From the human T2T-CHM13v2.0 reference genome, Homo sapiens, in the NCBI RefSeq assembly GCF_009914755.1, contig NC_060937.1: a stretch of 64,000 nt of DNA; one strand, 5' to 3'. Shown piece after piece: positions 1 to 16,243 of this stretch. The translations under genes were made by a program, and so were the position numbers. The number at the start of each line of letters is the position of its first letter. Within the stretch, counting starts at the first letter, position 1. Under the pieces are notes generated by a model. That model had not been told where the DNA came from, did not search any database, and saw only the letters and a list, made by a program, of their open reading frames with translations.

Positions 1-1572
1 GAGACAAACCAGAGTCAGTGAACTGAAAAGCCCTTGTGGTCAGGACAAGGAGGACAAGGCAGTGACCATGTTCGCTGATGCACTGGCTACACCTACCAGG
101 ACATACAGCAAAGGCTCAGACTGACAGCCCTACAGGAGGTCTAGAAATCATCTCATCCAGCCTACTAGCCTAAAGCTAGAAGACAGAAACCTCCAAAAGG
201 AAATTCTACCCACCCCCCACCCCACCAAAAAAAAAAGGTGGTTTTGGGCAGAGACAAAAGATGGCATAGAATACAGAGTATAATTAAATTCCTAGCTACT
301 ATGAATGATTGGTTTGATTCAGAAGGGCTTTGCATCAGCCCACAGACCAAATACAGGAAAATACTAGATACATTTTTTAAAAGAACTTAAGCAACTATGA
401 AAACTAGAAGGAAACATTTCTAGATGCCAGAAATGAAGAGTTAGGCAAAAACCACAATGGTCAGTGGCAGCGGAAGCCAACAGCTTCTGAGGCTATCAGA
501 TCTAGAAATACAGGTGGGTAGCTGGGACCATATTTTCACAGTCATGCAAGATTATAGATGAGTCTAATAGAAGTTAGGACCTGGAACTGAGCTCCCTGAT
601 TAGAGACAAAAGCTGCTGACTGGCAAGCTGTCTCATCTATAAAACAGAGTGGAAAACGTTCATCAGCCATTATGGGAAAGCAGTGAAGAGTCTGGCAGAG
701 CCCAAATTAACTTTATGTGCATCATGGGAGAAACTGAAGTTAAGAAAATAATAAAAACAGCTTTGAACTAGTGAAAATGGAAAATCTCCCTGGGGATCAT
801 GAACCAGTCTCCAGAGGACCCAGTCCTTCTTCATATCTGAGTTATGTGTTCCTCTCTGTTGGCCCCATTTTTAGTTAATAAAATAGGCTGGACTAGAAAG
901 GTTGATCTCGGTTCAAATATTGGCAAGGATGTTAACTGGGAATTTATTGACATTGTTTTCCCTTTGACCACTAAGCCAGCAAAGAAACCCTGCAAGGTCA
1001 GTATTACACACATCAGTGTCTCTCAAATTGGATGTTCTTAGTAGCCTGTCTGTAGTGAGGAATCAGACAGGTCAGAGATTCTCGGAATCTTAAGGGACCA
1101 TTCTATTACCATTAGAAGAAATTCTTACTGCTCCACAATTAGAGACAAGCACATTCTAATTTTTATGTGTGTCTTAAAAGGTATCCATCAGGATTGGCCA
1201 TAAACCTACCACAATCAGGCTCTTTCCTCTCTCCTTGAGGTTGCAAAAGCTTATACAAGCTCCAAATTAATGTTCTTACAGCTCCACTCACAGCAGAAAA
1301 GTGAACACTTCCATCCTGATTGCCCAGGAAAAAGTTTCACTTTAGTTTTGAATGGGTTTGGTTGGCTCAGCTTAATTAAATGTCCTTTCCTGGAGAAATC
1401 ATGGTACCAAGAATATTCACTATTCTGGTTGGCCAAGCCTGGGTTTTATGGCCACCTATGGAGATAGCTTCAGGGTAAGTTCTAACTATGTTCAATAAAA
1501 AGAAAATTCCTTATGTGTTTTATATTATTCAGTAGAGCAAAACATGCTGATTCTGTAGAAGTAGAGAGTAGA

Positions 1573-2200
<628 letters not shown>

Positions 2201-2600
2201 GAAAGACTGCTTGTGCTTGCTACATAAAAGAAGAAGAAAAGAAAGGAAATAATAAAGAGAACTCCAAAAATCAGGAAAATCGAGAATTGGGAAAACAGTA
2301 GGAAAAAACAGCAAATCATCAATATCTTTTCATGTTTATTGATCATCTAGATTTCTTCTTGAAGGATTTGATGCTCCTATCTTTTGCCTGCTTTTAAAAC
2401 TGGGGTCAAATGATAGAATCTCCCTATATTAGGGATAGCAGCATTTTATCCAACATATGTTTCATATATTTTTCTGAGTTTATCATTATTTTTTGTGGAC
2501 ACAAAAAAGAAAGAATACAGATTTTTTTTCTCCAAGCACTCATGAAATATTCAGAAAAATTAACCACATCTTGTCTTTTGACATGTTTAAGATGTCTTAA

Positions 2601-2951
<351 letters not shown>

Positions 2952-3091
2952 TTAATTCAGCCTACACCCCCAAATGGGTACTACTTACTAATGTTCCTGA
3001 CAGACAAATGAATGGCAAGAAATCTGAAAATGCCATTGTTTTTACATGAGGAAATTGAAGTACAAAATAAGTGGATAAAGAAAGTAACATT

Positions 3092-3391
<300 letters not shown>

Positions 3392-4130
3392 GGAACATTG
3401 CAGAGAATGAATGGAATACAGGACTGATTGCTAATCAAATATACAATGCTTGGCACAGAGACAGTGATTAATAAGTGCCTGGTCAATGAATTCATTTAGA
3501 GCTCTCTTGAACGTCAAATAACAGATCAGTTAGTTTCAGAAGTTAAACATTTCTACAGAGGAAGTGATTATTTTTTCCCACTATAGGCTGGTGTGATTTT
3601 ACCAATACCCATTTTTATCTTACTGCATAATTCAGAAGTCTGTGTGGTTAACATTTAAGTTCTTGAGCAGTCTGAAAACTCTATTGTCACAAAACCTATT
3701 TGAGGTGTAAAGGGAAACAGAAAGTTAAAACAAACATTTATTTATTGCATGCTTTCAGGCTAGAGTTCCACGCCAGCCAAGCCTGTGAGATAAACCACAA
3801 GTTGTGAAATACTGTTTATTTGTATGAGGGTACTAATGTGGAGTGACTAAACATTTCCCTCACTATACACTTTACCATTGAGTGAAACCTCACATTTATG
3901 CTGTTCAGAATTATGTGGACTTATATTGATATTATTGACTGTTTTCTCTTTAACCTAATAAAAACCTTTATAACTAAAAGCAGGATTAATGCCACAGTAA
4001 AATCTTCCCCCCATAAGAATACTTCTTGTTTAATTGCTATTTCTAATGGGCTCTAAAAAAAAACATAAAAATAAATCTATCTTAAATTTGTCATGGATGA
4101 ATTATTCCAAGTCTTTATTGCTGTTTTTAA

Positions 4131-4538
<408 letters not shown>

Positions 4539-5974
4539 TAGGTAATATATGCAGATTGTATACTATTCAGAAGTTACAAAAAATATGTATAGCAAAAAAT
4601 GTAAGTCTCCTTTCCACTTCTTTCCCCAGCTACCCATTTTTTTAGAAGCAGTTTATGTTACAAGTTTGTTCTGTTTGGATGCAAGCATGAAAAAATAGTA
4701 ATAATCACCATTTGAGTTTTTTTTACTCTGTACCAAACATTCTGACAATAATCGTGTAAGTACTACTATTATCCTTATTTTACAGATGAGAAGACTGAGT
4801 CATACAGACATTAAGAATCTTTTTTAGGAATTACATTTCGTAGACGGGTCGATTTTGCTTCAAATAAGAGCCACTATTCGTGTGTATACAGGTTGTACTC
4901 TAATAGGTACAATACTAAAGAGGATAGTTAAGAAGAGACTAGCTGAACTAGAGTACTCATTACTAAGGTAATACAGATTAGATAAAACTAAGCAATGACA
5001 CCTTTAAAAGGTCTCTAGGAATGAAGAATCACCGTATTTATTTATTTATTTATTTACTTATTAAGTAATATTTATTGAATACCTACTATGGTCCAGGGAC
5101 TGGAAACATCCTTGCCATTCTCATGGAACTTGTCCAGTAAGAGACACAGACAAGTGAAAGGCAGCTACAACATTATACAGTGTATAGAACTGGGATGGCG
5201 CCATAACAACATTCTACAATATGTGACATTGATTCCAAGATTATGTGGCAGATGGAAAGGAAACTGTTAGTGGAGGCTGGAAAAAAGAGCAAGAAAACTA
5301 TTGCAGGAAACTGGAAAAAGTCATGAAGACACTGCTATAGAAGCAGAAAAACCCCATGTCATGGAGTGGTATAAGAATCACCTGCAGGAACTGGAAAAAT
5401 AGTTCACTCAATAACTTGATGGACTTTTGGATTTGAGTGAGAGTGTTTCCAAGCAGAAGATTGAGAGTGTCAGCTGGTTTATACTGGCTGTGTATAGTAA
5501 GGCACTTTAAGAAAGAGATGGACTCGTTAAACACCTGGCCAATTTGCTAGCTGAATTTAGAGAATTATAAAGGTTTAAAATTTGTCCGTCTGGAAAATAA
5601 ACTATCTCTTATTCTCAACTTCTCAAGCAAATAAAAGATACTCAAAATTTAAAAAATAGCTTAAGGATAAAGATCAAATCAAAGTATGGCTGTAAGACAC
5701 ATTTTAAAGTTTCTAGAGAATTAAGTTGGTGCTTCCATTGCTGAACCAAATGACTTCCTGAAAGCTTAAAGATGTAGTCGCATGGAAGCCTAATCTCAAA
5801 CTTGCAGTAAGTAAACCTAAAGAAGAAAAGCCTGTCTTGAAACTAATGGTGGGTTTGGCTTCTGGAGCATGGAGTGAACTCTAGTCTGATATACAGAAAG
5901 CCCCCCAGATTCTTAAAGGAATTGAGTCAGCAAAAGTATGGCCACCCGGGACTAACAAAGACCATGAATATTCA

Positions 5975-6275
<301 letters not shown>

Positions 6276-7257
6276 CTTTTTTACAAAAGACATTTCTGAG
6301 CTCCTAACTTTATACAGACAGGGAGCAGTCTGAGAAAGTTGCTTAAAAGGCATAGAAGAATTAGGCATTGCATTGGAATTTTTAGTATCTGTGGAATATC
6401 AGAGCAAAGAAATCAGAGGAGTTGAACATATAGTTCTGAAATTTAGAAGATAGATCTGGGCTAGAGATACAAATTGAGAGCTATTAACATATAGTAAAAA
6501 TACAAAATTAAAATTCCAAACTTTCAGCCTTGGTTGAAATGTAGGTGAAATCTTGGGACCCCCCCTCTCCCATATCATGGTGTTATTTAATGAGAATCCT
6601 TAATAGAAGCAGAAAATTGTTGGCACAAGTGCTTTTGAGAATGCAAAGCACTGGGCTAGTTTTCAAAATTGTTATATCAGTCAGGTTCTCAGAAGGAAAA
6701 AATTTACCCTAAGTGAGTTAAAATTAAGACTTTAATGAAATAACTCTTAACAAAGGTATGGGCAGAACTGATGAGACAAACAGGGAATATTGAGGTGCTG
6801 GGAGACTTACAACAGTGGGAAACCACTGGCCCTAGGACTAAAAAGCCAAGAGTAGGAAACCTTGTTGGAACCCAGTGGGAGTCACTGCCCCACAGAACCT
6901 GTAGTTGGGAAAGGTCACAGCTAATGCCAGTGATACAGCACTGAACAGGAAGGGGACAGAGGAGGCATGCCCTGACCTATGCTCTTGTTTTCCATCTCCT
7001 CCTGGTATCCCTCCAGCATACAGTCCTCAGAGGACACTGTCCCAGGGCATAAGGCAAGGGAGAAAAGGGCAGAGAAGCTATCTGGATGAGCAAATGGAGA
7101 ATAATTAGTATAGGTTTTAAGGTAAAGGGGATTTAGTAGTATTTGCAAATCAGATACCATAAATGCATAAATAATACTTAGTACTAACTAGATGGGGAGA
7201 AGGCTATGTTCAATTTATATATACCAGTTCTGTGTCTTATTAATTTAAATATGAAAT

Positions 7258-7460
7258 ACTGGGCAAGGTGCAGTGGCTCATCCCTGTAATCCCATCACTT
7301 TGGGAGGCCGAGGCGGGTGGATCACTTGAGGTCAGGAGTTCGAGACCAGCCTGGCCAACATGGCTAAACCCCATCTCTTCTAAAAATACAAAAATTAGCC
7401 AGGTGTGGTGGTGGGCACCTGTAATCCCAGCTACTCGGGAGGCTGAGGCACGAGAATCGA
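7258..7460 (+). mobile_element. 3'-truncated Alu
   Basis: Left arm plus part of the right arm. Confidence 0.88.
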
Positions 7461-7799
7461 GAGATAATGTAAAGTTTGTTTTTCATGTTTGTTGTGATTA
7501 TGTATTTATGCAGGATGTCAATGTTACAAAAAATTGTATCTGTTAGAATCTTTGCTGTAGGAATGGACTTTACCCATCTAAATTGTAATGTATATCCAGC
7601 ATTGTGATGACAAAGACACTAACTATAAACTTAGTAACTTTGTTCCTTCACTCCACTAATATTTAATTGGTATGAAATAGATTATTAATCAGAGTTCATA
7701 GTATATTTTGCTTTGGCTTTGTCCCTGTAGACCTATTTAAACAAGACAATCTTTGCAATTCCAACAACTTCATTTCTGAATACAATACCAAGCATGTCC

Positions 7800-8260
7800 C
7801 TTATATGATAATTACAGTGTTAGGAACTGATGGCATCAACCAGAAAGAGTGCTAACAACGAAGGAAAGAGTGTGTAGGAAACCCCAAGGAACACCAATAC
7901 TTAGAGAAACACAGACAAAAATGCAGCTTGCCAAAACAACTGAGCTAGATGAACCAGAAACATAGGAGTAATGTGGCATCATAAAAACCAAGTGAAAAAA
8001 AGAAGTGGTCCACATTTTAAAATGCTGCATCCAGATCAAGATCAAGTAAGATGAAGACCAAAATGGTTCCATTCAATTTAGTCACACGTAGGTTGTTGGT
8101 GACCGCAGTGAAAGCAAATTCAGTGAGAACAATGGGAGCAAAAGATAGACTACTGTGGGCTGTAAAATGACTGAGAGATGGTGACATGAAAATACTAAGC
8201 ATACATAAAGTTTTAGAGATGCTTGGCTTTAAAGAAAAGAAGAAAGATAAGCCAACAGCT
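7800..8260 (+). mobile_element. L2 fragment
   Basis: AAATGCTGC...AAGTAAGATGAAGAC...GGTTGTTGGTGACC...CAGTGAG motifs. Confidence 0.6.
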
Positions 8261-9184
8261 GAAGAAGGGTTAAGGGTGGAAGGTGGAATTTTTTTTGTGT
8301 TTTGGTTTTGTTGGTTTTTAACTGAGAGATAGCATCAGGCATGATTAAGTGCTAAGGAACCAGTGAAGGGAGATGAGCTGAATCTACAAAAGAGAAAGGG
8401 ATTAGTCACTCAGTGGAGCATGGTTCCTATGAAAAGGAGATGCTTAATAAGTAATATTAAATAAATGAGTGGATTTCTTGAGAAGGCAAGAAGGCATTCA
8501 CTCCAGAAACCAGGTAAAGGAATTATCTATGGACCAGAGGCAGGGTATCTCTTCCATCAGAAAGTCAAAAAGGAGGAAATCAGTAAGGATACAGGTAATT
8601 TGGTTAAGTGTGGTGCCCAGAACTTGAGAAAGTTTCATGGGATGCCTTCTGTTTTCCTTGTGAAATGAAAAATGAAGCCATCTGAGGGAAATAAAGGAGG
8701 GATGGTAGATTGAGAGGACTGAGAAGAATGAAAAAGGCTTACGAAATAATCTCGTGTCCTTAAAGGATGCTTCAGAGAAGAGCTCTTTGAAGCAGCTGCC
8801 AGCCTCCACAGAATGTACAGTGGCAGGTAAAGGGGTTGCCCAGGGATGGTTCCTATGCTGGGCCTCAGAGCTGAATCAGATTAACTCATGATCACCTAGC
8901 ATCTTTTCCTGTCCCTGTAGGGCACAAACTTCAATACTTGTTCTCTCCTTTGTTTTCTTCACATTGCTCCACAAGATGGGGTATATACTGATAGCTCCCT
9001 GGGAGTCCATGACCTCGGACAATTCTGCCTCCTTACCTGGACAATGTTTCATCACTCCACCTTGAAAACATTTCTTGTAACTCATTACAATTCTGAGATC
9101 TTCCTTACTATGTACATACTCTACCATCAAGGCACTCACCAACCTTTAAAGGAGCAAACTGAAAATAAGTTGTAAGAGGTGAGG

Positions 9185-9550
9185 CGCTGTGGATTCAATG
9201 TTAGTGTCTCTCCCAAATTCATGAGTTAAAGTCCTAATCCCCAGTGTGAGTATATTTGGAGGCAGGTCTTGAGGAGGTAACTAAATCATGATGGGGGGGA
9301 CCTTGTGATGGGATTAGTGCCCTTACAAGAAGAGACACGGTAGAGCTTGCTTCCTCTCTCTTTCTTGGCCATTTGAGGATGCCGGGAGAAGACAGCTGTC
9401 TTCAAGCCAGGAAGCAAACCCACACCAGACACTAGATCTCTTGGCACTTTGATCTTGGATTTCCAGCCACCAGAATTGTGAGAAATAAATTATTGTTTAA
9501 GTCATCCAGTGCATGGTATTTTTGTTATAGCAGCCCAGGCTAACTAAGGT
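9185..9550 (+). mobile_element. MaLR solo LTR (MLT1A/MST-like)
   Basis: GTCCTAATCCCCAGTGTG...ATTAGTGCCCTTA...TGTGAGAAATAAA...TTATAGCAGCCC. Confidence 0.8.
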
Positions 9551-10414
9551 ATGGAGTAGGCCTACTTTATTTTCCACTCAGCCCCTTGTAGCACTCCAGT
9601 CATCTTTGGGGAGAGAAGCAAAGGCAATGGAAGTCTGCCCTTAACTTCCTGCTCTAGCCTCCCAAGGACTTAAATCCCTCCACTTTCCCGAGTGGCTGAC
9701 AGAGGAAAGGAATGTCTTTCTGAGTAAATAGCCGGCAATGTTGAAATTGATGGAAACCACGAAATAAATGTTTCCGATAACCTAAAATGCCAAGTGGATT
9801 TCATAGCTCAGGAATGAAGCCAGAAGTACAGTGAGGTTTGATGTAACCACAAACAGAAAGTTTTTGAATGAAGCCTTTGGGAGGCGGAGTTCATTCCACT
9901 GCTGTACTACTATAATATGAAAGCATCTGATATTTGAAAGTAACAAGATTTTCCATGTAACCTCCTCTTTAATGTTCTGATATTGTTCTATATTTGTAAA
10001 TGAAATAACTCTTCCATAGCTATTGTCTCTGTTTTAAATACTAACTTAGAAAGATTCAATTAAACAACCAGGAACATGCCTCCAATTCAAGGAGTAACAC
10101 AGTTCTCACTTGGTTTTGCAGCACAAGGTAAAAGAAAATAGCAAAAGGTTTTCCACCTCCAGGTACCAAGTTTAGAGAGTTTTAGGTGCCTCGAAGTCTC
10201 TGCTCTTTTGATTTAATATGCATGGCAAGCATTCATTTTAGCATTAGTAACTTCACTATTACCTATTTGATCCTAGAAGTTTTCCTTATATGTATACGTA
10301 CTTTATTTATTAAAACACAAAGTTTGTGTAGGGAAAACTGAGAAAGGACATAAGGTTAAAAAATTTTAAGGAAGCATAAACTAGGCACACAAGAGCAAAT
10401 AAAAACAACAAATA

Positions 10415-11633
10415 GGCCAGGCACAGTGGCTCACACCTGTAATCCTAGCACTTTGGGAGGGTGAGGCGAGAGGATCGCTGGAGCCCAGGTGTTCAAGACC
10501 AGTCTGGGCAACATGGCCAAACTTCGTCTCCACAAAAGATACAAGAAGTAGCCAGGTGTGGTGGTGGACGCCTGTAGTCCCAACTACTTGGGAGGCTGAG
10601 ATGGAAGGATCACCTGAGCCCAGAAGGTCGAGGCTGCGGTGAGCCATGATGGCACCACTGCACTCCAGCCTGGGTGACAGAGTGAGACCCTGTCTCAAAC
10701 AAACAAACAAACAAAAAAGGTCTCAATAAAACAGAAAATTAACAGTGAGGCCTCATCTCTTAAAAAGCAAACAAAAGGGCCCGGTGCAGTGGCTCACGTC
10801 TAATCCCAGCACTTTGGGAGGCCGAGGCTGGTGGATCACCTGAGTTGGGAGTTCGAGACCACCCTGACCAACATGGAGGAACCCCGTCTCTACTAAAAAA
10901 ATGCAGAATTAGCCAGGTGTGGTGGCACATGCCTGTAATCCCAGCTACTCGGGAGTCTGAGGCAGGAGAATCACTTGAACCCGGGAGGTGGAGGCTGTGG
11001 TGAGCCAGAGATCACGCCATTGTACTCCAGCCTGGGCAACAAGAGCGAAACTCCATCTCAAAACAAAAACAAAAACAAAAACAAAAAACAAACAAAGAAA
11101 TAGAAGATCAAAAGAAGGAGGAGAATATTAATGAAAAGAAATGAAGAAATGAAAAGGATTTGAGAGAAAGTGTCAGATACAGAGGATAATCAAAGAACCT
11201 ACATATTTATACTAGAAGTGTACCCAAGGAAGAAAACCAAAGCAATGGAACAGAAGAAATGTTAGGAACCTATCATTCAAGAAAATCTTCCTAAAATAAA
11301 AAGATACTTGAAAAATAAATTTTGTGGCTGGGCACAGTGGCTTATCCTATAATCCCAGCACTTTGGTAGTCTGAGGCAGGAGGATCACTTGAGGATAGGA
11401 GTGCAAGACCAGCCTGGGCAGCACTGCGAGAACCCCCTCTCTACCAAAAAAAAAAAAATTAGCTGGGTGTGGTGGTGCCCATCTGTAGTACTAGCTACTC
11501 TGGAGGCTGAGGCAGGAAGATCCTTTGAGCCCTGGGCTTTGAGGTTACAGTGAGCTATGATCACACCACTGCACTCCAGCCTGGGCAATAGAACAAGACC
11601 CTGTCTCACTAAAAAAAGAAAAAAGAAAAGAAA
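10415..11633 (+). mobile_element. Cluster of three sense Alus (10415-10718, 10778-11095, 11326-11633) within old L1-like sequence
   Basis: Three Alu dimers with A-rich or (CAAA)n tails. Confidence 0.9.
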
Positions 11634-12304
11634 ATACATATTGCAAAGCACATCATGTACCTAGAGAAATTGACTCAAAATGGCCAACACTAAGATATAG
11701 TCTAGTAAAACCATTGAATTTTAAAGAAAGATTAGATTTTTTAATTTATATGCTTATTTTACATGCAGGGGGTACAGTACCCAATAGGAAGCTTTTCAGC
11801 CCTCGCTTACTCCCCTCCCTCCTTCTCTCCCTCCTTTTGGAATCCCCAGTGTCAATTGTTCCCATGAAAGAAAGATTTTAAAAGATTCTATTTATATCCA
11901 GACAAAGCCCAAATGACATATAAGGGAAATGATAAATTGTTATCAGATCTTTTTACAGTAACCTTTTATGCTTGAAGATAATAGAGCAACATATTTAGGA
12001 CACTTAAGGAAAGAAAATCTGACCAAAGGGTTTTATGTCCATGCAAACCGTCAAGGATCATAGACAGTTATGAGCATTCATGAACTTAAGGAATAGTTTC
12101 CATGTCCCTTTCCGCAGTATCTTCTGGAGAATGAGCTTCTAGCAACCAAAATGAGTAGAGAAACATCAATATTGGGATGATAGTGAGCCAAAATATCTAT
12201 TGACCTGTGGAACTCGGACTCTAAACAATAGATATAAAGGAGAGTATAATATGTAATTTGCCATATGCTCTGATAATGAAGGGAGTCCAACTTCCAAAAT
12301 TAGG

Positions 12305-12830
12305 AGCTGGGGCACAGTGGCACGTGTCTGTAGTCCCAGCTGCAAGGGAGGCTGGTGCAGGAGGATCAGTTGAGCCCTGGAGTTTCACGCTGTAGTGTGC
12401 CAGGATGGCACCTGTGAATAGATACTATGGGACTATGTCTCTAAAAAACAAAGAAAAAGACAAAAATAAGAAGGAGTGGGAAATGGGGAAATGGGAAGGA
12501 CATATCAAGGACATATAAAAAGTAGATGTCAGTCGCGGTGGCTCACGTCTGTAATCCCAACACTTTGGGAGTCCGAGAAGGGTGGATCATCTGAGGTCAG
12601 GGGTTCGAGACCAAAAATAGAGTTTTCTCTACTGAAAATACAAAAAATTAGCGGGCGTGGTGGCAGGCGCCTGTAACCCCAGCTACTCAGGAGGTTGAGG
12701 CAGGAGAATCACTTGAACCCAGGAAGCAGAGGTTGCAGTGAGCCGAGATCACGTCACTGCACTCCAGCCTGGGTGACAGAGCGAGACTCTGTCTCAAAAA
12801 AAAAAAATTAAATTAAAATAAAAAATAAAA
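12305..12830 (+). mobile_element. Alu monomer (12305-12450) and Alu (12530-12830)
   Basis: Alu consensus motifs. Confidence 0.85.
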
Positions 12831-14616
12831 CAAGAGGAAAATAAGCTAGCTGACTGCCTTACAGTTATTACCTGGAAATACAAGGATATTACTTCAAATC
12901 AGATGCTTGGGGAGTAGAAGAACAGGAAGCAAGAAGAGGTTATTAGCAAACATCAATATTTCTCATAGTAGAGAACAAACAGAGAATTACTAAGGGTATT
13001 ATATGAAGGTATTAGTATATAAGGAGCCATTCAAGCAGAAATACAAACTTTACCAATAAAAGAAAAGAAAGAGAACAAATGAAATAGACAAAGATTATTT
13101 CTATCAAAATCGTATGTATTAATTATAACATTAACATATGGCAGAATTAAGGTGAAGTATATAGACCATGGACATGATTCTTTATATTATTAAGGTACAC
13201 TTAACAGTAATCAAGTTTGAAATGACTGAGATTTCCTAATAGATGAGACTTATAAAGATATGAACAAAGTACTTCACTCATTATATTGAGTAGAAGAGGG
13301 GTCCCAAATTCAAATGCCTATTGGAAAAAGACACTGAAAGAAGCTGGCTGCTCTAAGTGGGAAGGCATTTATTGTATGTATGTCTGTGTGTGCACACACG
13401 CATGCATGTGGATGGAATTCAAACCCCATCTTAAAGGAGCAGTTACTATTCAGCTGCAGCCAATTGTTGGAACTGGAGCATGTAGGCCCAGTATTTCCGG
13501 GTCTTTCAATTTTTTTTGAGGGAATCTCAAAGTAATAATCACAAAATTGTGGAGACCTAGCAAAATATTTTTTTGCTGACCACTAGCTGTGGGACCACTT
13601 AAACTGAGGTTGAAGGAAATCACTTATTTATTTATTAAGTGATATTGTTTGACCTTTTAACAATGCGCATAAAATGTGTAAGAAGATATTTTTAAAAGAT
13701 GACCACTTTATTTTATTATTTTGCAGCTTTATTTATGTTTCACACATAGTCGAGCAAGAATTCCTGCCTTCAACTGTACACCATGGCTACGGGGCTTTTT
13801 TTTTCATGTATAGATTATGTATTATGTTCATCTTAACACATTCCTCTGTCCCACCTTTCACTCAATTTAAAAAAAAATGTAAGATTTTAGCCAAATTAGT
13901 ATTTCCCAATGAGCTGACTGCAAAGCTACTTTTGGAAATTTGGTAGAATCAAATAAGCATCTTTCACTGCCAGCGTAATTATGGAGCAAGCTGCTAACCA
14001 GTTTATGTATCACTATTCAAAATAGAAAAAGTACATCGTCTGGCTCAAAATACACTTTAATTATGGCAATGTGTATGATTTAGCCCAGCTGCATGATAAA
14101 AATTGCTCTATGATAGATCTTCATTTCCCATATTGGAATATGAACAAATACATTTGTAAACTACAGAGGTTAATGTGTTTTAATTTTTCATAATACATGC
14201 TAAATTATTAGGATTTTAAAATATTTATTATGGAAATTTTTCACACACACACACAAAAGAATAGTATGACGAGCTCATTACCCAGCTCTAACGATTATTA
14301 ATAAATGGCTAATCTTTCACCTACACCTCCAACCACGTTCACCTCTCCCCAATTATTTTTAAGCAAACTGTATTCCTCATATCCTTCATTTCAGCTGTAA
14401 TGATTTTAAAACTATAATTGTCATTCCTAAAAATACAATTTAATATTGTTTTTCCTAAAAATACAACTTAATATCATAAATTTCCAGCTAGTGTTCACAT
14501 TTCTCTAATTGCTGTACAATTTCTTTTACAGTATACTTGAGTCAGAATTTAAATTCCATGCATTGCAATAGGTGGATATATCTCTTAATTCTTTTTTTTT
14601 AAATTGCTGACTTTCC

Positions 14617-14926
14617 ACTTTATTTTATTTTTATTTCTTTTTGAGACAGTGTCTCTACTCTGTTGCCCAGGCTGAAGTGCAGTGGCATGATCTCGGCTCA
14701 CTGCAACCACCGCCTCCCACGTTCAAGCGATTCTTGTGACTCAGCCCACCGAGTAGTTGGGATTACAGACATGCGCCACCAAGCCCAGCAAATTTCTGTA
14801 TTTTTAGTAGAGATGGGGTTTCGCCATATAAGCCAGGCTGATCTTGAACTCCTGACCTTATGTGATCCACCAGCCCCTGCCTCCCAAAGTGCTGGGATTA
14901 CAAGCATGAGCCACCATGCCCAGCCC
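14617..14926 (-). mobile_element. Alu
   Basis: Antisense dimer. Confidence 0.9.
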
Positions 14927-15109
14927 CTCTTAATTCTCTTTTAATCTATTGATTCCCCCGTCATATCTTTTGTTTTGCATTAAAAAGAATTTTAGAAACT
15001 GGCTTGTTTATCATATAGTGTTTCTTATGGTCAAGATTTTGGTAATTACCTCTTGGTGGTGTCATTTAATACATCCTTCTGTCCTTATATGTCCTGGAAA
15101 GTGCCTAAG

Positions 15110-15300
15110 CCCTGTCCAATAGAATGTTCTGCCATGATGGACTTGTTTTATACACTATCCAATACACTGTCTATGTGGCCATGGAAATGTTACCTGTGAA
15201 GCTGAGGAACTGAATTTTTAATTTTATTCCATTGTAATTCATTTATATACATTTAAATAGCCACAGATAACTAGTGGCTATAGCATTAGAAAGCAAAGAG
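15110..15300. mobile_element. hAT-Charlie MITE (MER3/MER33-like)
   Basis: CTGTCCAATAGAA...AATAGCCACA...TAGTGGCTA motifs. Confidence 0.65.
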
Positions 15301-15881
15301 CTAGAATCCTGATAGGATTGAAGGTAGAATTTTTTTTGGTTTTCATTTGTATTTGTTTTTTGTTTGATTTTGTTTTGGTTATTACAACAAAATCACTTAA
15401 TAGGCAATGTTGTGTACTTTACAGAAGAAACATACTGTCTCTCTGTCTCTCAACATCGAAAATCATTTCCTTGATCCATTAATTCATTAGGACTTGCAAA
15501 ATTTTATTATCATTATGGAAAATTTAAACATACATATAATTAGACAGACTCATATAATCAACTTTATGAATTCATCAACCAACTTATGGCCAGTGACGTA
15601 AGTTACCCTCTACTGACTTCCCTTCTCTCCTGTATCATTGTAAATTAAATTCCAGATATCATATTTTATTCATAAATATTTCAAAATTCCTGAATATGGA
15701 AGCTAGTGACTCTTTTTAAAGAGTCATTATTCTCATTCATTATTCTCATAATCATCATTCTCATACCTAAAAATGTTAATAATACTTCCTTAATAGCAAA
15801 TGTTATAGTTGGTTGTTACAAATTCCAGATTTAAATATATTTGATATATTTCAATTTATTGAAGTTGTTATCCTTACTGGC

Positions 15882-16243
15882 TATATTAGTCCATTCTCGT
15901 GCTGCTAATAAGGACATACCCAAGACTGGATAACTTATAAAGGAAACAAGTTTAATGAACTCAGAGTTCCACATGGCTGGAGAGGCCTCACAATCATGGC
16001 AGAAGATGAAGGAAGTGCAAAGGGATGTCTTACATGGCAGCAGGGAGGAGAGCTTGTGTAGGGGAAGTACCCTTTATAAAACCATCAGATCTCCTGAGAC
16101 TTATTCACTATTTTGAGAACAGCATGGGAAAGAACCACCCCCATGATTTGTTACCTCCCACCAGGTCCCTGCATGACACAAGGGGATCATGGGAGCTACA
16201 GTTCAAGGTGAGATTTGGGTGGGGACACAGCCAAACCATATCA
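15882..16243 (-). mobile_element. THE1-type MaLR solo LTR
   Basis: TATTAGTCCATTCTC...GGGGACACAGCCAAACCATATCA; TSD-like CTGG(C/T). Confidence 0.88.
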
